Assembly (NCBI GenBank): GCA_951406725.2
Contig: OX597837.1
Coordinates: 14,446,001-14,510,000, forward strand
Length of the DNA stretch: 64,000 bases
Direction: 5' to 3'
DNA from: Octopus vulgaris
Lineage: Eukaryota
Positions 1 through 12,264 of the stretch are shown one piece after another (the stretch's first letter is position 1; the number at the start of each line of letters is the position of its first letter). Under the pieces are notes generated by a model. It worked only from the letters and a program-made list of their open reading frames with translations, was not told the origin of the DNA and did no database searches. A program made the position numbers and the translations under genes.

Positions 1-588
1 CAGTCATTGAACTACGGCCATGCTAGGACACCGCCTTGAAGGGCTTGGGTGAACAAATCGACCCCAGTACTTATTCTATAGCTCTCATTTGTCGAACTTC
101 TAACTTACGAAGGATGTAAGCAAACTAATACCTATTTCTTTACTACCCACAAGGGGCTAAACACAGATAGAACAAACAAGGACTAACAGATTAAGTCGAT
201 TACATCGACCCCAGTGTGCAACTGGTACTTATTTTATAGACCCCAAAAGGATGAAAGGTAAAGTCGACCTCGGCGGAATTTGAACTCAGAACGTAACGGC
301 AGACGAAATACGGCTACGCATTTCACCCGACGTGCTAACGATTCTGCCAGCTCGCCGCCCTAAGCAAACCAATACCGGTTGTCAAGCGGTGATGTGGGTC
401 AAACACAAGCACAAAAACACACACAAGTATATATGACGTGCTTCGACACAGTTTCCGTCTACCAAATTCATTCACAAGGCATTGGTTAGCCCTGCCAAGT
501 AGCAGATGACCTGCCCCACGTCTCTGCTGTAGGATTGAACCCGAAACCATAAAGCAAGCTTCTTAACTACATGGCCATGCCTGTGCCT
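1..588 (-). mobile_element. SINE family A (tRNA-derived, CORE-like box), old copy, interrupted by a nested family B SINE at 133-360
   Basis: The reverse complement matches the family A copies at 5334 and 60437: head near 520-588, body 'gaatgaatttggtagacggaaactg', tail 'gcatggccgtagttcaatgactg' at 1-25. Confidence 0.85.
133..360 (-). mobile_element. SINE family B (tRNA-like head, Nin-like central domain) with LINE-like 3' tail; full length with 16-bp TSD
   Basis: Minus strand starts ggcggcgagctggcagaatcgttagc (A-box-like) and has gagttcaaattcc (B-box-like) and 'cctttcatccttttggggtc-ataaaataagtaccag'. TSD taagcaaactaatacc (117-132) vs taagcaaaccaatacc (361-376), 15/16 identical. Confidence 0.9.
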
Positions 589-844
589 ATACCGAGGAAT
601 TGTTTAACATCGTATTTCAATTTGCATTAAAAATTATCTCCCTTGCAAGGAGACATTTATAGAGATGATGGTTGCATTGTTTTGCGCAGAATGAACGTTT
701 ATGAAGTTGACCGATTGTGAGAAGACCTCGTCAAATCATTTACTGAATTAATTTCACAAGTATCAGATAATACTAACCAGATAATACTAACCAGAGTATA
801 ATCTTAATATAGCAAAGTGTGATACTGTAGCACAAGTGATCGGT

Positions 845-1892
845 GATTTTTTCCCCAGACTACTTCCATCCGTGCCCTCTAACACAGTGGAAGCGCACAA
901 AGGATGATACAATAAAATGCAACAGTACATCTACATCAAGATATTGATGAATTTCCTCAGACTAGTTCCAACCTTTCCCTCCACCAAAGAGTGAAAGCGA
1001 GTAAAGGATTGTGTGACAAGGTGCAATAGCATGCGACAGCGATAATTTTTCCAGACCACTTCCAGCTGTGGCCTCCACCAAAGAGTAGCATCAGACAACG
1101 GAAAATGCAGTAGGATGTGACAACATGTCAAGATATTAATGATTTTTGCAAGATGACCTCCAACCGTGGCCTCTCCTAAAGTTTAACATCGGGAAAAGAT
1201 AGCGTAGCAAAATGCGGCAGTACAAAATATCGATGACTTTCCCAAGACGACTTCTAACCGTGACCTCTACCAAGAAATAGAAACTAGCAAATGGTGATGT
1301 AGTGAGGTGCAACAGTACATCACGATAGCGATGATTTTCATCAAACGCCTTCCAACCGTGCCCTCTGCCAAAGAATGGAATCGAACAAAGGATGATATAA
1401 TAAGATGCAGCAAGTCATTAAAATATTGGTGATTTTTCCCCAGACGACTTCCATCCGTGTCATCCACCAAGGAGTGACATCGAACAAAGGATGGTGTAGT
1501 AAGATGCAACAACACATCGAGATATCGATGATGATTCTCAGACCACTTCCAACCGTACCCTCCACCAAAGAGTAGCACTAGGAAAAGAATGATGTAATAA
1601 GATGCGGCAGCACATCAAGATATCGATTTCCAGCCGTGCCTTCCACAAAAAAGAGGCATCGAGCAAAGGATGATGTAATAAAATGCAGGGTGTCATGGAG
1701 ATAGTAATGATTTTCTTCAGACGACATCCATCCGTGCCCTCTACCTAGGAGTAGCATCAGACAAAGAAAGATATAGGCCAGCACATGAACATATCGACTT
1801 CTAGCCGTGCCCTCTCCCCAAGAAAGGTATCGAGCAGAGGATGAGTCAATACGATGTAACAACACAAGGGGATATCGATGATTTCCCCCCAG
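845..1892. repeat. Diverged tandem array, ~11 units of ~98 bp
   Basis: Recurring unit gatttt-ccccagacgacttccaaccgtgccctctaccaaagagtagcatcgaacaaaggatgatgtaataagatgcagcagcacatcaagatatcgat. Unit starts near 845, 949, 1045, 1141, 1235, 1333, 1431, 1530, 1628, 1709 and 1797; the last units are shortened. Confidence 0.9.
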
Positions 1893-2022
1893 ATATGTCA
1901 GGCGTTCTGCGCCTGCGTCAAAAATGCATGTGTAGGCGCAAATTCAGCTGGTTGCGAATTCCCCCACATTATTGACAATCTAAACACGGTGTTTGCAAAC
2001 CCCTTCGAAACTGCAAGCCGTC

Positions 2023-2036
2023 GTTACCATAGTAAC
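2023..2036. promoter_or_regulatory. RFX X-box-like motif GTTACCATAGTAAC
   Basis: 14-bp near-palindrome matching the GTTNCCATRGNAAC consensus, in unique sequence. Function untested. Confidence 0.4.
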
Positions 2037-2064
2037 TCACAAGTGGGAATCCCAATACATACAT

Positions 2065-2121
<57 letters not shown>

Positions 2122-2688
2122 TGTATTTATATACAGCCAGCTATTTGCAGGGCAAGCACTGGAAAAAAAAATCAATATGAGCTGTTACAGATATTGTGTA
2201 GAGTTGTTCAATTAACGTCTGCACAAGCATAAATGCACGCAAGCAATCAGGTGTTCGTGATCATACAAGCACGCAAACACATACACACATACACACAGAG
2301 ACACACATACTCACAGACACACAGACGCACACATAAACAGATACAAGGATACGCACACAGAGACACCGCGTTGACTTACACTTACATGGACTCTTATATA
2401 TGCAAACGCAAAGACAAATAAAATCGCGCGCGGGTGATTGTGTTGGTGTTGATGTATTTAAGGCTGGGAACATTAAAAATATAAACAAGTTAAGTAGGAA
2501 TGATTAAGTTGCAGCGAAAATAAAAGACAAAAAAAAGAATGTGAAGAAGAACGGGCAACAGTTTGGTAAATGCTTGTTAATATCTCTGTATTTATTATTA
2601 AGGGACTCACAGAATATGAAGAACGGCGAGCATATTATAGCTAGCTATCTGTCTCTCTACCTACTTACCTATCTATCTGTCTGTATAC

Positions 2689-2731
<43 letters not shown>

Positions 2732-2749
2732 ATCTATCTTGCCTTACAT

Positions 2750-3335
2750 CTTTTCGGGGTCGAGTAAATAAGTACCAGTTACACACTAGGGTTCAAATAA
2801 TCGACTTAATTCGTTCCCCAAAATTTAAGGCCTTTTGTTTTCAGTAGAAAAAATTATTTCGCTACTTATTTTGTGATATATTTTAAATATAAATGCTTGC
2901 CACATGTCTGTTTTCCGCTATTACTACGCTCTAAAGATTGGCACATTGCGGCATCTATTTCGGGTCTTTACGTTCTGAGTTCAAATCCTGCCGAAGTCAA
3001 CTTTGCCTTTCATCACACAGGGGTTTATTTAAAAAAGAAGCAAAGTATCACTCAAAGCACTGGAATAGATGGTATTCGTTATTCCTCTCCCTTCCAAATT
3101 GCCGTCCTCGTGCTTTGGTGAGGAACCACTGCACTTTGCAGAATCCTTCGAGCTTCCGGCAAAATGTCTTGTAACCATGTCTCCTGGCTCTTTACATTCT
3201 GAACTGAAATCCTACCGAGGACAACTTTTACCTTTCATCCTTTCCGGGTCAACAAAATAAGTTGAGCATTTTGGGGTCGAGATAATCAACTTACTCCCTC
3301 CCGCCGAAATTATTGTGCCAAAATTTGAAATCATC
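2750..3335 (+). mobile_element. Cluster of three partial or decayed family B SINEs
   Basis: Repeated 'ttctgagttcaaatcc-gccga-gtcaactttgcctttcatc' and 'ggggtcga-taaataagtaccagtt' blocks near 2750, 2960 and 3190; the last ends gtgccaaaatttgaaatc followed by (ATC/ATT)n. Confidence 0.8.
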
Positions 3336-3377
3336 ATCACCATCACCATCACCATCACTATTATTATTATTATTATT

Positions 3378-3430
<53 letters not shown>

Positions 3431-3543
3431 TATTATTATTATTATTATTATTATTGTTATCTTTTTTCCCTCTTCTTTCAAATTTGCTTCCATTTCTTGC
3501 CGAGTGTCTTCCCGACTCCTAGGGCAAAGAAACTCATAGTATA

Positions 3544-3596
<53 letters not shown>

Positions 3597-3744
3597 GTTG
3601 TTGTTGTTGTTGTTTGTTGCTGGATTGTAATTTTTCTGTTGTTTTATCATGTTGGCAACTTCTGTTGTGTAATTGGAGTTGTATTATCTTATTTTATTGG
3701 ATAAATGTGTTGTAGTGTCTCTGTTGGTCTGTCTCTGTGACAGG

Positions 3745-3778
<34 letters not shown>

Positions 3779-3787
3779 TATAGATAG

Positions 3788-3841
<54 letters not shown>

Positions 3842-4299
3842 AGGAAGGTAGGCAGGAGGGCAGGTAGATAAACAGATGGGTAGGTAGGTAGGTAGGTAGG
3901 TAGGTATATATATATATATATATATATATATGGAGAGAGAGAGAGGAAGTAAGATAGGTAGATAGCAAGATAGAGACAGACACACAGACAGGCAGACAGA
4001 TAGACAAATAGATAGGTAGATAGGTAGACAGATAGACAGACAGACAAACAGACAAATAGATAGACAGACAGACAGAACAAAATGGAGAATGCTTGAGTGA
4101 ATGAGACAGAGAGAGACGAAAAAAGCAAGAGAGTTTGAGAAGTGAAAGGCGGGAAGAGCGTGCAAGGAGGAAGAGGAGGAGGAGAAGGAAGTGGGGCAGA
4201 AAGGAGTTTTCCTTCTGCCGAAGGGAAAACCTCGAACCATTTCTGTTCACCTGATTCCTGTGGAAATGTTGTTTTCGGTTCCGTTCACCAAACTTTGCT

Positions 4300-4410
4300 G
4301 CCAGCATTGTGTTACCTTCCTTGGCAACGGAGCCAGTAAGTCGATGACGTCACCTGACTACACTTGCTCACGCGCAACTTCCAGACACGTGAACTGGACA
4401 CGTGTCTACC
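4300..4410. promoter_or_regulatory. Candidate cis-regulatory island (CRE, two CACGTG E-boxes, X-box half site)
   Basis: TGACGTCA at 4345-4352, CACGTG at 4386-4391 and 4399-4404, and ccttggcaac ending at 4328, in a unique island between microsatellites. Confidence 0.4.
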
Positions 4411-4529
4411 GTAATCATACAAGTTGGGGAATAACTCGTACAGGGATTCCGTCTCTTTTTTTTTTATTATTTTACATTAATTTTATCTCTTTCTGTTTGG
4501 CGGCCTACCGACACCATCGCCATATCATA

Positions 4530-4576
4530 ACCATCATCATCATCATCACCACCGTCATCACCACCGTCGTCGTCGA

Positions 4577-4608
<32 letters not shown>

Positions 4609-5000
4609 ATATCACTACCAACACCACCACTATCATATTTACCATCATCATCATCATCACCGCTACCATCATCACTGTCATCGTCATCATCATCATCATA
4701 AACATCACCACCTCCACCACCACCACTATTATATTTACCATCATCATCATCACCACCACTATCATCACTGTCATCATCATCATCAACATCATCGTAATCA
4801 TCACCACCACCATCAACAACAACTACAATAACAGCATCAGTGTCGCCACCATAATCGCTATCACCGACACCAGCGCCACCTGCGACATAAGCACCACCAC
4901 CACCAACAACAACAACAACAAAAACAAATACCGCCACCATCGCCACCTCACAACCAACGCCACAATTAACAGCACCAGCACCATCATCAGCAGCAGCACT
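4530..5000. repeat. Compound (ATC/ACC/AAC)n trinucleotide tract with an internal duplication
   Basis: Direct reading; 'atatttaccatcatcatcatc...atcactgtcatc' occurs near 4636 and 4731. Confidence 0.9.
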
Positions 5001-5019
5001 ATTAATATTCTTTCTATTC

Positions 5020-5235
5020 ACTGCACAATGCCTGAAATGTTTTGTGGCGGGAAGGGGGGGGGGGTAAGTCGATTACGTCGAACCCCAGTGTGTAACTGGT
5101 ACTTATTTCGTCGATCCTGAAGGGATAAAAGGCAAACTCAATCTCGGCAGAATTTGAACTCAGTACACAAGGACGGACGAAATGACACTAAGCATTTTGT
5201 CCGGCATGCTAACTATTCTGCCAGCTCGTTGCCGG
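5020..5235 (-). mobile_element. SINE family B copy
   Basis: Plus strand has 'aactggtacttatttcgtcgatcctgaagggataaaaggcaaa...gaatttgaactcag...ttctgccagctcg', the reverse complement of family B. Confidence 0.85.
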
Positions 5236-5277
5236 GACAAATTTACGAGTTTCCCTTTTTCCGCACCAATGATCGTA

Positions 5278-5329
<52 letters not shown>

Positions 5330-5333
5330 TGTG

Positions 5334-5483
5334 TGTGTGGTAAGTAGCTTGCTTACCAACCACATGATTTCGGGTTCAGTCCCACTGCGTGGCACCTTGG
5401 GCAAGTGTCTTCTACTATAGCCTCGGGCCGACCAAAGCCTTGTGAGTGGATTTGGTAGATGAAACTGAAAGAAGCCCGTCGTA

Positions 5484-5524
<41 letters not shown>

Positions 5525-5726
5525 ATGTTTGTGTGCCTGTGTTTGTCCCCCCAACATCGCTTGACAACCGATGCTGGTGTGCTTGCGTTCCCGTAACTTA
5601 GCGGTTCGGCAAAAGAGACCGATAGAGTAAGTACTAGGCTTACAAAGAATAAGTCCTGGGGTCGATTTGCTCGACTAAAGGCGGTGCTCCAGCATGCCCG
5701 CAGTCAAATGACTGAAACAAGTAAAA

Positions 5727-5743
<17 letters not shown>
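5334..5743 (+). mobile_element. SINE family A, near full length, flanked by (TA)n on both sides
   Basis: tgtggtaagtagc (A-box-like), gggttcagtccc (B-box-like), CORE-like ccttgggcaagtg, internal (TA)/(TG) tract, tail gctccagcatg-ccgcagtcaaatgactgaaacaagt followed by an A-run. Confidence 0.92.
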
Positions 5744-5786
<43 letters not shown>

Positions 5787-6069
5787 TAGCTGTTTTTCGT
5801 TTAGACCTATTGAAAATACGACTACGTTCTAGTGTGTGTGTATGTGTGTGTGTAGTAAGTAAACAAACTGTATTCTGTTCCTGGAGAAACAAGATGAAAC
5901 CATCTTCAAACGGTAGCGTTGAAACTATTCAGCCTTATCTATTATTTATTCATCTATAACTTCACAACCGGTTCTGATTAATTTTAAACACTCTCATTGT
6001 TCGTTTGTACGCTTATATTTATATAATTAGCGGTTGGACACCTTAGCAACAATACCCTATGGCATAGTT

Positions 6070-6450
6070 TCAGCCCTGGGCACAAAGCCAGCAATTTTAG
6101 GAGGAGGAGTAACCGATTATATCAATCTCTGGACTCAATTGGTATTTTTTGTATGGACTCCGAAAGGATGAAAAGCAAGTGGACTTCAACAGAATTTGAA
6201 CTCAAAACATCAAGAACCGGAAGAAATGCGTTAAGAGCCACCGCCTTACTAGCTCACCGCCAAATTGGGCACACGGCCAGAAATTTGGTAGGAGGGCACC
6301 AGTGGATTCCATCGACCCCATTGCTCAACTGGACCTATATTTTATCAACTTCGAGAGGATGTAAGACAAAATCGACCTCGGCAGAATTTGAACTCAGATC
6401 GTTAGAGCCGGGAAAAAACATGCACAAACGATGCTGCCGGCTCGCAAACC
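6070..6450 (-). mobile_element. Two tandem decayed family B SINEs
   Basis: Two repeats of 'gggcaca-gcca-aattt...gaatttgaactca' near 6075-6210 and 6265-6400. Confidence 0.7.
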
Positions 6451-6848
6451 TTACTACATTGGAGAATATAATCTGCAGCATTACATCTAACGAGTACCAG
6501 TGAGTACTAACGGTGGGTTTTTGTGCAGCAACAGAAAACCCGTCGATAAATGTTGTTTGTGAGAAAAAAGGGGTTTCCTGATGAATTCAGAGGAAATATA
6601 ACATTTTCTTTGCTCCTTTATTTAAATAAGTATAGAATCATGTAATAACGGATTTTAAAAGTATTTTCAAAAAGCCCCTTATAATCCCTTTTAGTATCAG
6701 CCTCGGGATATTTTATGGATACATTACGTAGTTTATAAATATTTTACTGTTTTTTTGAAAGATGAGAACTTTGAGGATCAGTTCGGTTTTTCATGTGGGA
6801 TCTATGTGAGGATATGATTTCTCTTCAATAACTGATCTTAAGGTTAAC

Positions 6849-7008
6849 CGTAGAAGTGGCTGTGTGGTAAGTAGCTTGCTTACCAACCACATGGTTCTGG
6901 GTTCAGTCCCACTGCGTGGCACCTTGGGCAAGTGTCTTCTGCTATAGCCCCGGGCCGACCAAAGCCTTGTGAGTGGATTTGGTAGACGGAAACTGAAAGA
7001 AGCCCGTC

Positions 7009-7088
<80 letters not shown>

Positions 7089-7311
7089 GTGTACGTATAT
7101 GTTTGTGTGTTTGTGTTTGTCCCCCCAACATCGTTTGACAACCGGTGCTGGTATGTTTACGTCCCATAACTTAGCCGTTCGGCAAGAGAGACCGATAGAA
7201 TAAGTACTAGGCTTTCAAAGAATAAGTCCTGGGGGTCGATTTGCTCGACTAAAGGCGGTGCTCCAGCATGGCCACAGTCAAATTAGTGAAACAAGTAAAA
7301 GACTAAAAGAG
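6849..7311 (+). mobile_element. SINE family A, full length, with expanded internal (TA)n
   Basis: Colinear with 5334-5743 and 60437-60845; ends gaaacaagtaaaagactaaaaga. Confidence 0.92.
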
Positions 7312-7439
7312 AATGTTATGAGTGTTGAAAAATTTACTGTATTTGTATGACGGCGGAAAATGTCTCACCGGAAACAGAAATTCCCAACAAATGTCCCCTT
7401 GTTACAACCTAGTCATATAACGGATTGAACCAAATTATC

Positions 7440-7850
7440 TTCCTCTTCCAAGCTCTACTCTAGTATTGCCCGTAATTTCTTTGTGTCCTAGGCTTCCACT
7501 GAAGCTCTTCTGCTGTTCTGTACATCACTACGACAGCGATGCTTCTATCTGAGGATACAGCAGAGATGCTTTTATCTACTTCAATTGCATGCTTCCTAAT
7601 TATAACGATTGGCCAGTCATTTTGGTGGCTGTTTGTGGTGGAGTGCTTGCAAGGTCAAGTGCTTAACGTAATGTTATGTCTAGAAAGCTGTCTGTGCTTA
7701 AGACTGTGATGATGTTGATGGCGAAGTCAAACTTCTTAAATATCGGCTAAACGAGTGCATCTGGAACACAGCTTTCTGCGCCATAGATTGCTTCACCGAC
7801 AGCACGTACGCCGTACGTGCCTGGAACTCCGAACGATAATGGACCGAATA
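7440..7850 (-). pseudogene. Possible highly decayed RTE-like LINE 3' ORF remnant
   Basis: Manual minus-strand translation across frameshifts gives VRAVGEAIYGAES (like LLYGxETW) and ELQWKPRTQRNYG..WKR (like LxWxPxGxRxxGRPxxxW). Weak similarity. Confidence 0.35.
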
Positions 7851-7866
7851 ACCAACTAATTGCCAA

Positions 7867-8671
7867 TACATGTATACATACATAATCATACATACATACA
7901 TACATACGTACATACATAATCATACATACATACATACGTACGTACATACATACATACATAATCATACATACATACATACATACATACGTACATACATACG
8001 TACGTACATGCATACATACATACATACATACATACATACATACATACATACATACATACATACATACATACATACATGCATAATCATACATACATACATA
8101 CATATATACATACATACATACATAAATACATACATACATACAAACATACACACATACATACATACATACATACATACATACATACATACATACATGCATA
8201 ATCATACATACATACATACATACATACATACATACATACAAACATACACACATACATACATACATACATACATACATACATACATACATACATACATGCA
8301 TAATCATACATACATACATACATATATACATACATACATACATAAATACATACATACATACAAACATACACACACACATACATACATACATACATACATA
8401 CATACATACATACATGCATAATCATACATACATACATACATACATACATACATACATACATACATACATACATACATACAAACATACACACATACATACA
8501 TACATACATACATACATACATACATACATACACACATGCATAATCATACATACATACATACATACATACATACATACATACATACATACATACATACATA
8601 CATACATACACACATACATACATACATACATACATACATGCATACATACATACATACATACATACATACAC
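7867..8671. repeat. (CATA)n tetranucleotide array with higher-order structure
   Basis: ~800 bp of CATA with recurring variants (catgcataat, cataaata, caaacata); the variant pattern near 8075 recurs near 8295. Confidence 0.95.
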
Positions 8672-8885
8672 AGAAGCCAGTTCCTTCTTCAGAGGAAGAA
8701 TTTAATTGATTAAAAACGGAAGAAAAACACGCGCGCGTGCACGCACACCCATATTCTTATATGAAGACATCGATATAATGTTATCTGTGTGTATACATAT
8801 TCACGCATACATTCATACACTCATGTGCACATGCGCATACACATAGACGTGTATGCCATTATTCAGTTTTATTTCCGTTTTATGC

Positions 8886-8896
8886 AGATAGATAGG

Positions 8897-8944
<48 letters not shown>

Positions 8945-9065
8945 TAGATTGATAGATAGATAGATAGATAGATAGATGGATAGATAGATAGATAGATAGA
9001 TTGATAGATAGATAGATAGAATGATAGATAGATAGGTAGGTAGGTAGATAGATAGATAGATAGAC

Positions 9066-9164
<99 letters not shown>

Positions 9165-9188
9165 ATGATAGATAGATAGATAGGTAGG

Positions 9189-9244
<56 letters not shown>

Positions 9245-9246
9245 AT

Positions 9247-9307
<61 letters not shown>

Positions 9308-9371
9308 GTAGGTAGGTAGATAGATAGATAGATCGTTAGATACATAGATAGATAGATAGAGAGCTTACACA

Positions 9372-9424
<53 letters not shown>
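8886..9424. repeat. (GATA/GACA/GGTA)n array followed by (TA)n
   Basis: Direct reading. Confidence 0.95.
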
Positions 9425-9426
<2 letters not shown>

Positions 9427-9478
9427 TCCAGCATGGCCGCAGTCAAATGACTGAAACAAGTAAAAGAGTAAAAGAGTA
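9425..9478 (+). mobile_element. Solitary family A 3' tail (severely 5'-truncated insertion) abutting (TA)n
   Basis: gctccagcatggccgcagtcaaatgactgaaacaagtaaaagagtaaaagag is identical to 60791-60842. Confidence 0.85.
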
Positions 9479-10159
9479 TATAAGTAAATGAAAGAAAAGT
9501 TAGGAAAAGTGATAGAAAGAGGAAAGAGAGAGACAGTAAATGTGTATGGACTAAGAGCCGGAGAAGGGTCAGAGAGAGAGGAGAGAAGATGCAATAAAGA
9601 CTGAGAGAGAGGAATAGAGAGAGAGAGAGAGAAAGAGACAAAATTGAAGAGAAATGGAGAGAGATAGAGAGAGAGGGAGAGACAGAGAGAGAGACACAGA
9701 GAGAGACACAGAGTGAGAGACAGACAGACAGACAGAATTGGAGAGAGACGGCGAGAGAGTGAGAGAGAGAGGTAGAGAGGAAGGAGAGAAGAGAGAGAAG
9801 AGAGTGAGAGTGTATGAAGAAGAAGAAGGCAATGAATGTTGTGTGTTAAAATAGGTTTTAATGTGAGGCGGTGTTCTTGTTGTTTCTATTCTCAGCTGAA
9901 CGGAATCTAAATATAGAACAACACTGGAAGCAGCAGCAGCGGCAGCAGCAGCAGCAGCAGCAACAGCAACAGCAGCAACGCTAGCAACTGCTGTGGAGAT
10001 GGTGGTGATGGTGGTGGATAGTATTGATAGTCTCTCTCTATCTGCCTGTCTGCTTATCTCTCTCGCTTTCTTTCTTTCTCTCTCTCTCTCTCTCTTTTCC
10101 TCTTTCTCTTTCTCTCTCTCCTCTGCTACTGTTGTGACAAATACAAAACAACAGCAACA

Positions 10160-10545
10160 GATCATTATCATCATCGTCATCATCATCATCATCGTCATCA
10201 TCATCATCATCGTCATCATCATCATCATCGTCATCATCATCATCATCGTCATCATCATCTTCATCATCATCATCATCGTCATCATCATCATCATCGTCAT
10301 CATCATCATCATCTTTGTCATCATCATCGTCATCATCATCATCATCTTTGTCATCATCCGTCACCGTCGTCATCATCATCATCATCATTACATTCTTATT
10401 GTTGTTGTCGTTGTCGTCGTCACCATGATCATTGCCATCATCATGATCGTTCGTCGTCGCTGTCATCATCATCATTATCATAATCATCATTATCATCACC
10501 ATCGATCGGCGTTGTCGTCGTCATCATCATCACCATCACCACACC
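10160..10545. repeat. (ATC/GTC)n trinucleotide array
   Basis: Direct reading. Confidence 0.95.
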
Positions 10546-10689
10546 TGTATATATATGTTTGGTACCTGTCTTGTAAAAATATTTACGAACAAAAAAAGCC
10601 GTTAAACGTAATAAATTGTTGCGGATCTGTCCGTGACAAGTTCAATTCCATGCGATGCATCCAGAAGATAGTGGGGTAACTAAACTGGT

Positions 10690-12190
10690 TTCAAGAAAGT
10701 TTTCCGATCGATGTGGATCAATCGAAATCTTTCGATAAGTTCGATCACCTTCACTTGGCAACTGTCTTCGGTGCAGCTGGTTACCGTTCCATTTTTCAGG
10801 GGCTGGATCGCTTTAATGTAGAGTAGCATCTACTCAGTGGCCACCTGTCGGAGCTGTTTCGAATCACACTCCCAGCCCGTTAAGAACATTCCCAATCTCA
10901 TCTTTTCTGTGACTTCAGAGTCACTTAGGGGAAAACTGGATATGTTGATGCTGTACCCGTTCGAACCGAGAGCTGTGTCCACATATGAAGGCGACATTAC
11001 CGAAATGGTGTCAAATACTAGGGATCTCGGTGGGGTCAGTAGCATTGAAAACGCGTACGACGTGGGGATAGGAGTAAAATTTAAACCAGGCGAATCAGTG
11101 GGCTTTCAATTTAGCACAAAGACAGACGAGTCCATGCCGCCAGACAGTGTTGTAGTGTACTGGATAGGCCAGACGGTTTTGTTGTTTGACGTATGACTCG
11201 ATGTGGACCCTCAATATGGACAGGAACAAGATTCCGTGTAAGGTGGTTAGGCACATCTAAAGATGGTGAAAGAGAGAGAGAGGGGGGAGAGAGAGAGAGA
11301 GAGCGAAAGAGATAGAGAGAGCTATTAATTCGTCGTGTATTACAGCCTGGACATCGTACCTTGCACGGGTTTCCATCTAGCTAGATTGGAACGTCTGGTC
11401 TTTCGCTTCATGCAGGAGGGAAGTGTTCTCTTCTAGAGATCGGTTTTCTATCAAAACCCTCTTTACGGAGGGCTCAGTGGACAATTGTTGAAGATACACG
11501 CTGAAGCTGCAATATCTGCAGAGATTTCTGTACCGTGAGTTGGTGTGGTCACCTTCTATCAAACCCATTTTCCCGCAGCTCAACTTTTTGACGGAGCTTC
11601 CGTCCTGAGTCAAGCACAGACGAAGACGCTTGGTGCCTGCAGCTTTTTTTTTATCTACAGTTGGCCAATGCAGTCGGCAGAGCTCTTAGATTGGTACACC
11701 AATGAGGATTGGTTATGAAGAAGAGTGACGACGTTCTCGGAAAAGTCAAAGCATAAAAAAGAATCAAACGGCTGCTGCCCTGTTCCGGAGAATTTTCAAC
11801 TCGGAAACTATGAGAATAATTTACAGAAACCCCACGGGGATTAGAGGGAATTACAAATTCGAGATAAAATCCGCTGGCACACAAATAATGTTAGCCGGGG
11901 ATGTCCAAAATGCACACACACACTTTCAGTGTCGGAGGATTGCTAATAGAGTTCTGTTGCACATCTATTGTTGTATTCCGGACTTCCTTTGCCCAGATAC
12001 TCCGGCACTTCTTTTCCATTTGATGACTGTGGTGAAAGAGTTTAAGTATTGGACGCGGCTGAAAGCACTAAGGACAGACCTTTCCCCTTCTTCTCTTCTA
12101 CAAAACCCTCACTAACTTTTTCAACTGTCTCTTGTAGAGGAAGATAGACAGAGTGGTGCTTCATTTCTATAAATTCTTTAGGAAATAGTA
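10690..12190 (+). mobile_element. Decayed L1/Tx1-like LINE ORF2 (RT to C-terminus), related to 61588-62852
   Basis: Translations across stops and frameshifts: DQSKSFDKFDH...FQGWI (RT), TYEGDIT (YADD position), LARLERLVFRF..NPLYGGL, LVWSPSIKPIFPQL (cf. [14 protein letters not shown]) and WTRLKAL (cf. WTRLKGL). Interrupted by (GA)n at ~11270-11320. Confidence 0.88.
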
Positions 12191-12264
12191 TCTGAGAGTG
12201 TCAGGTTCTTTCACTGGAACTAAGTGGCAATTCTGCCCTTGAAACGTTATCATATTGTTTATAC

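Noticed and set aside
845-1892. CRISPR array or ankyrin-like coding repeat
   Set aside because: Units are homologous along their whole length (no unique spacers), there are no cas genes, the context is eukaryotic, unit lengths are not a constant multiple of 3, and no ORF spans the array.
4335-4356. Resemblance to mollusc miR-1990 (as recalled from memory)
   Set aside because: Several mismatches and no complementary star arm nearby; better explained as a CRE-containing element.
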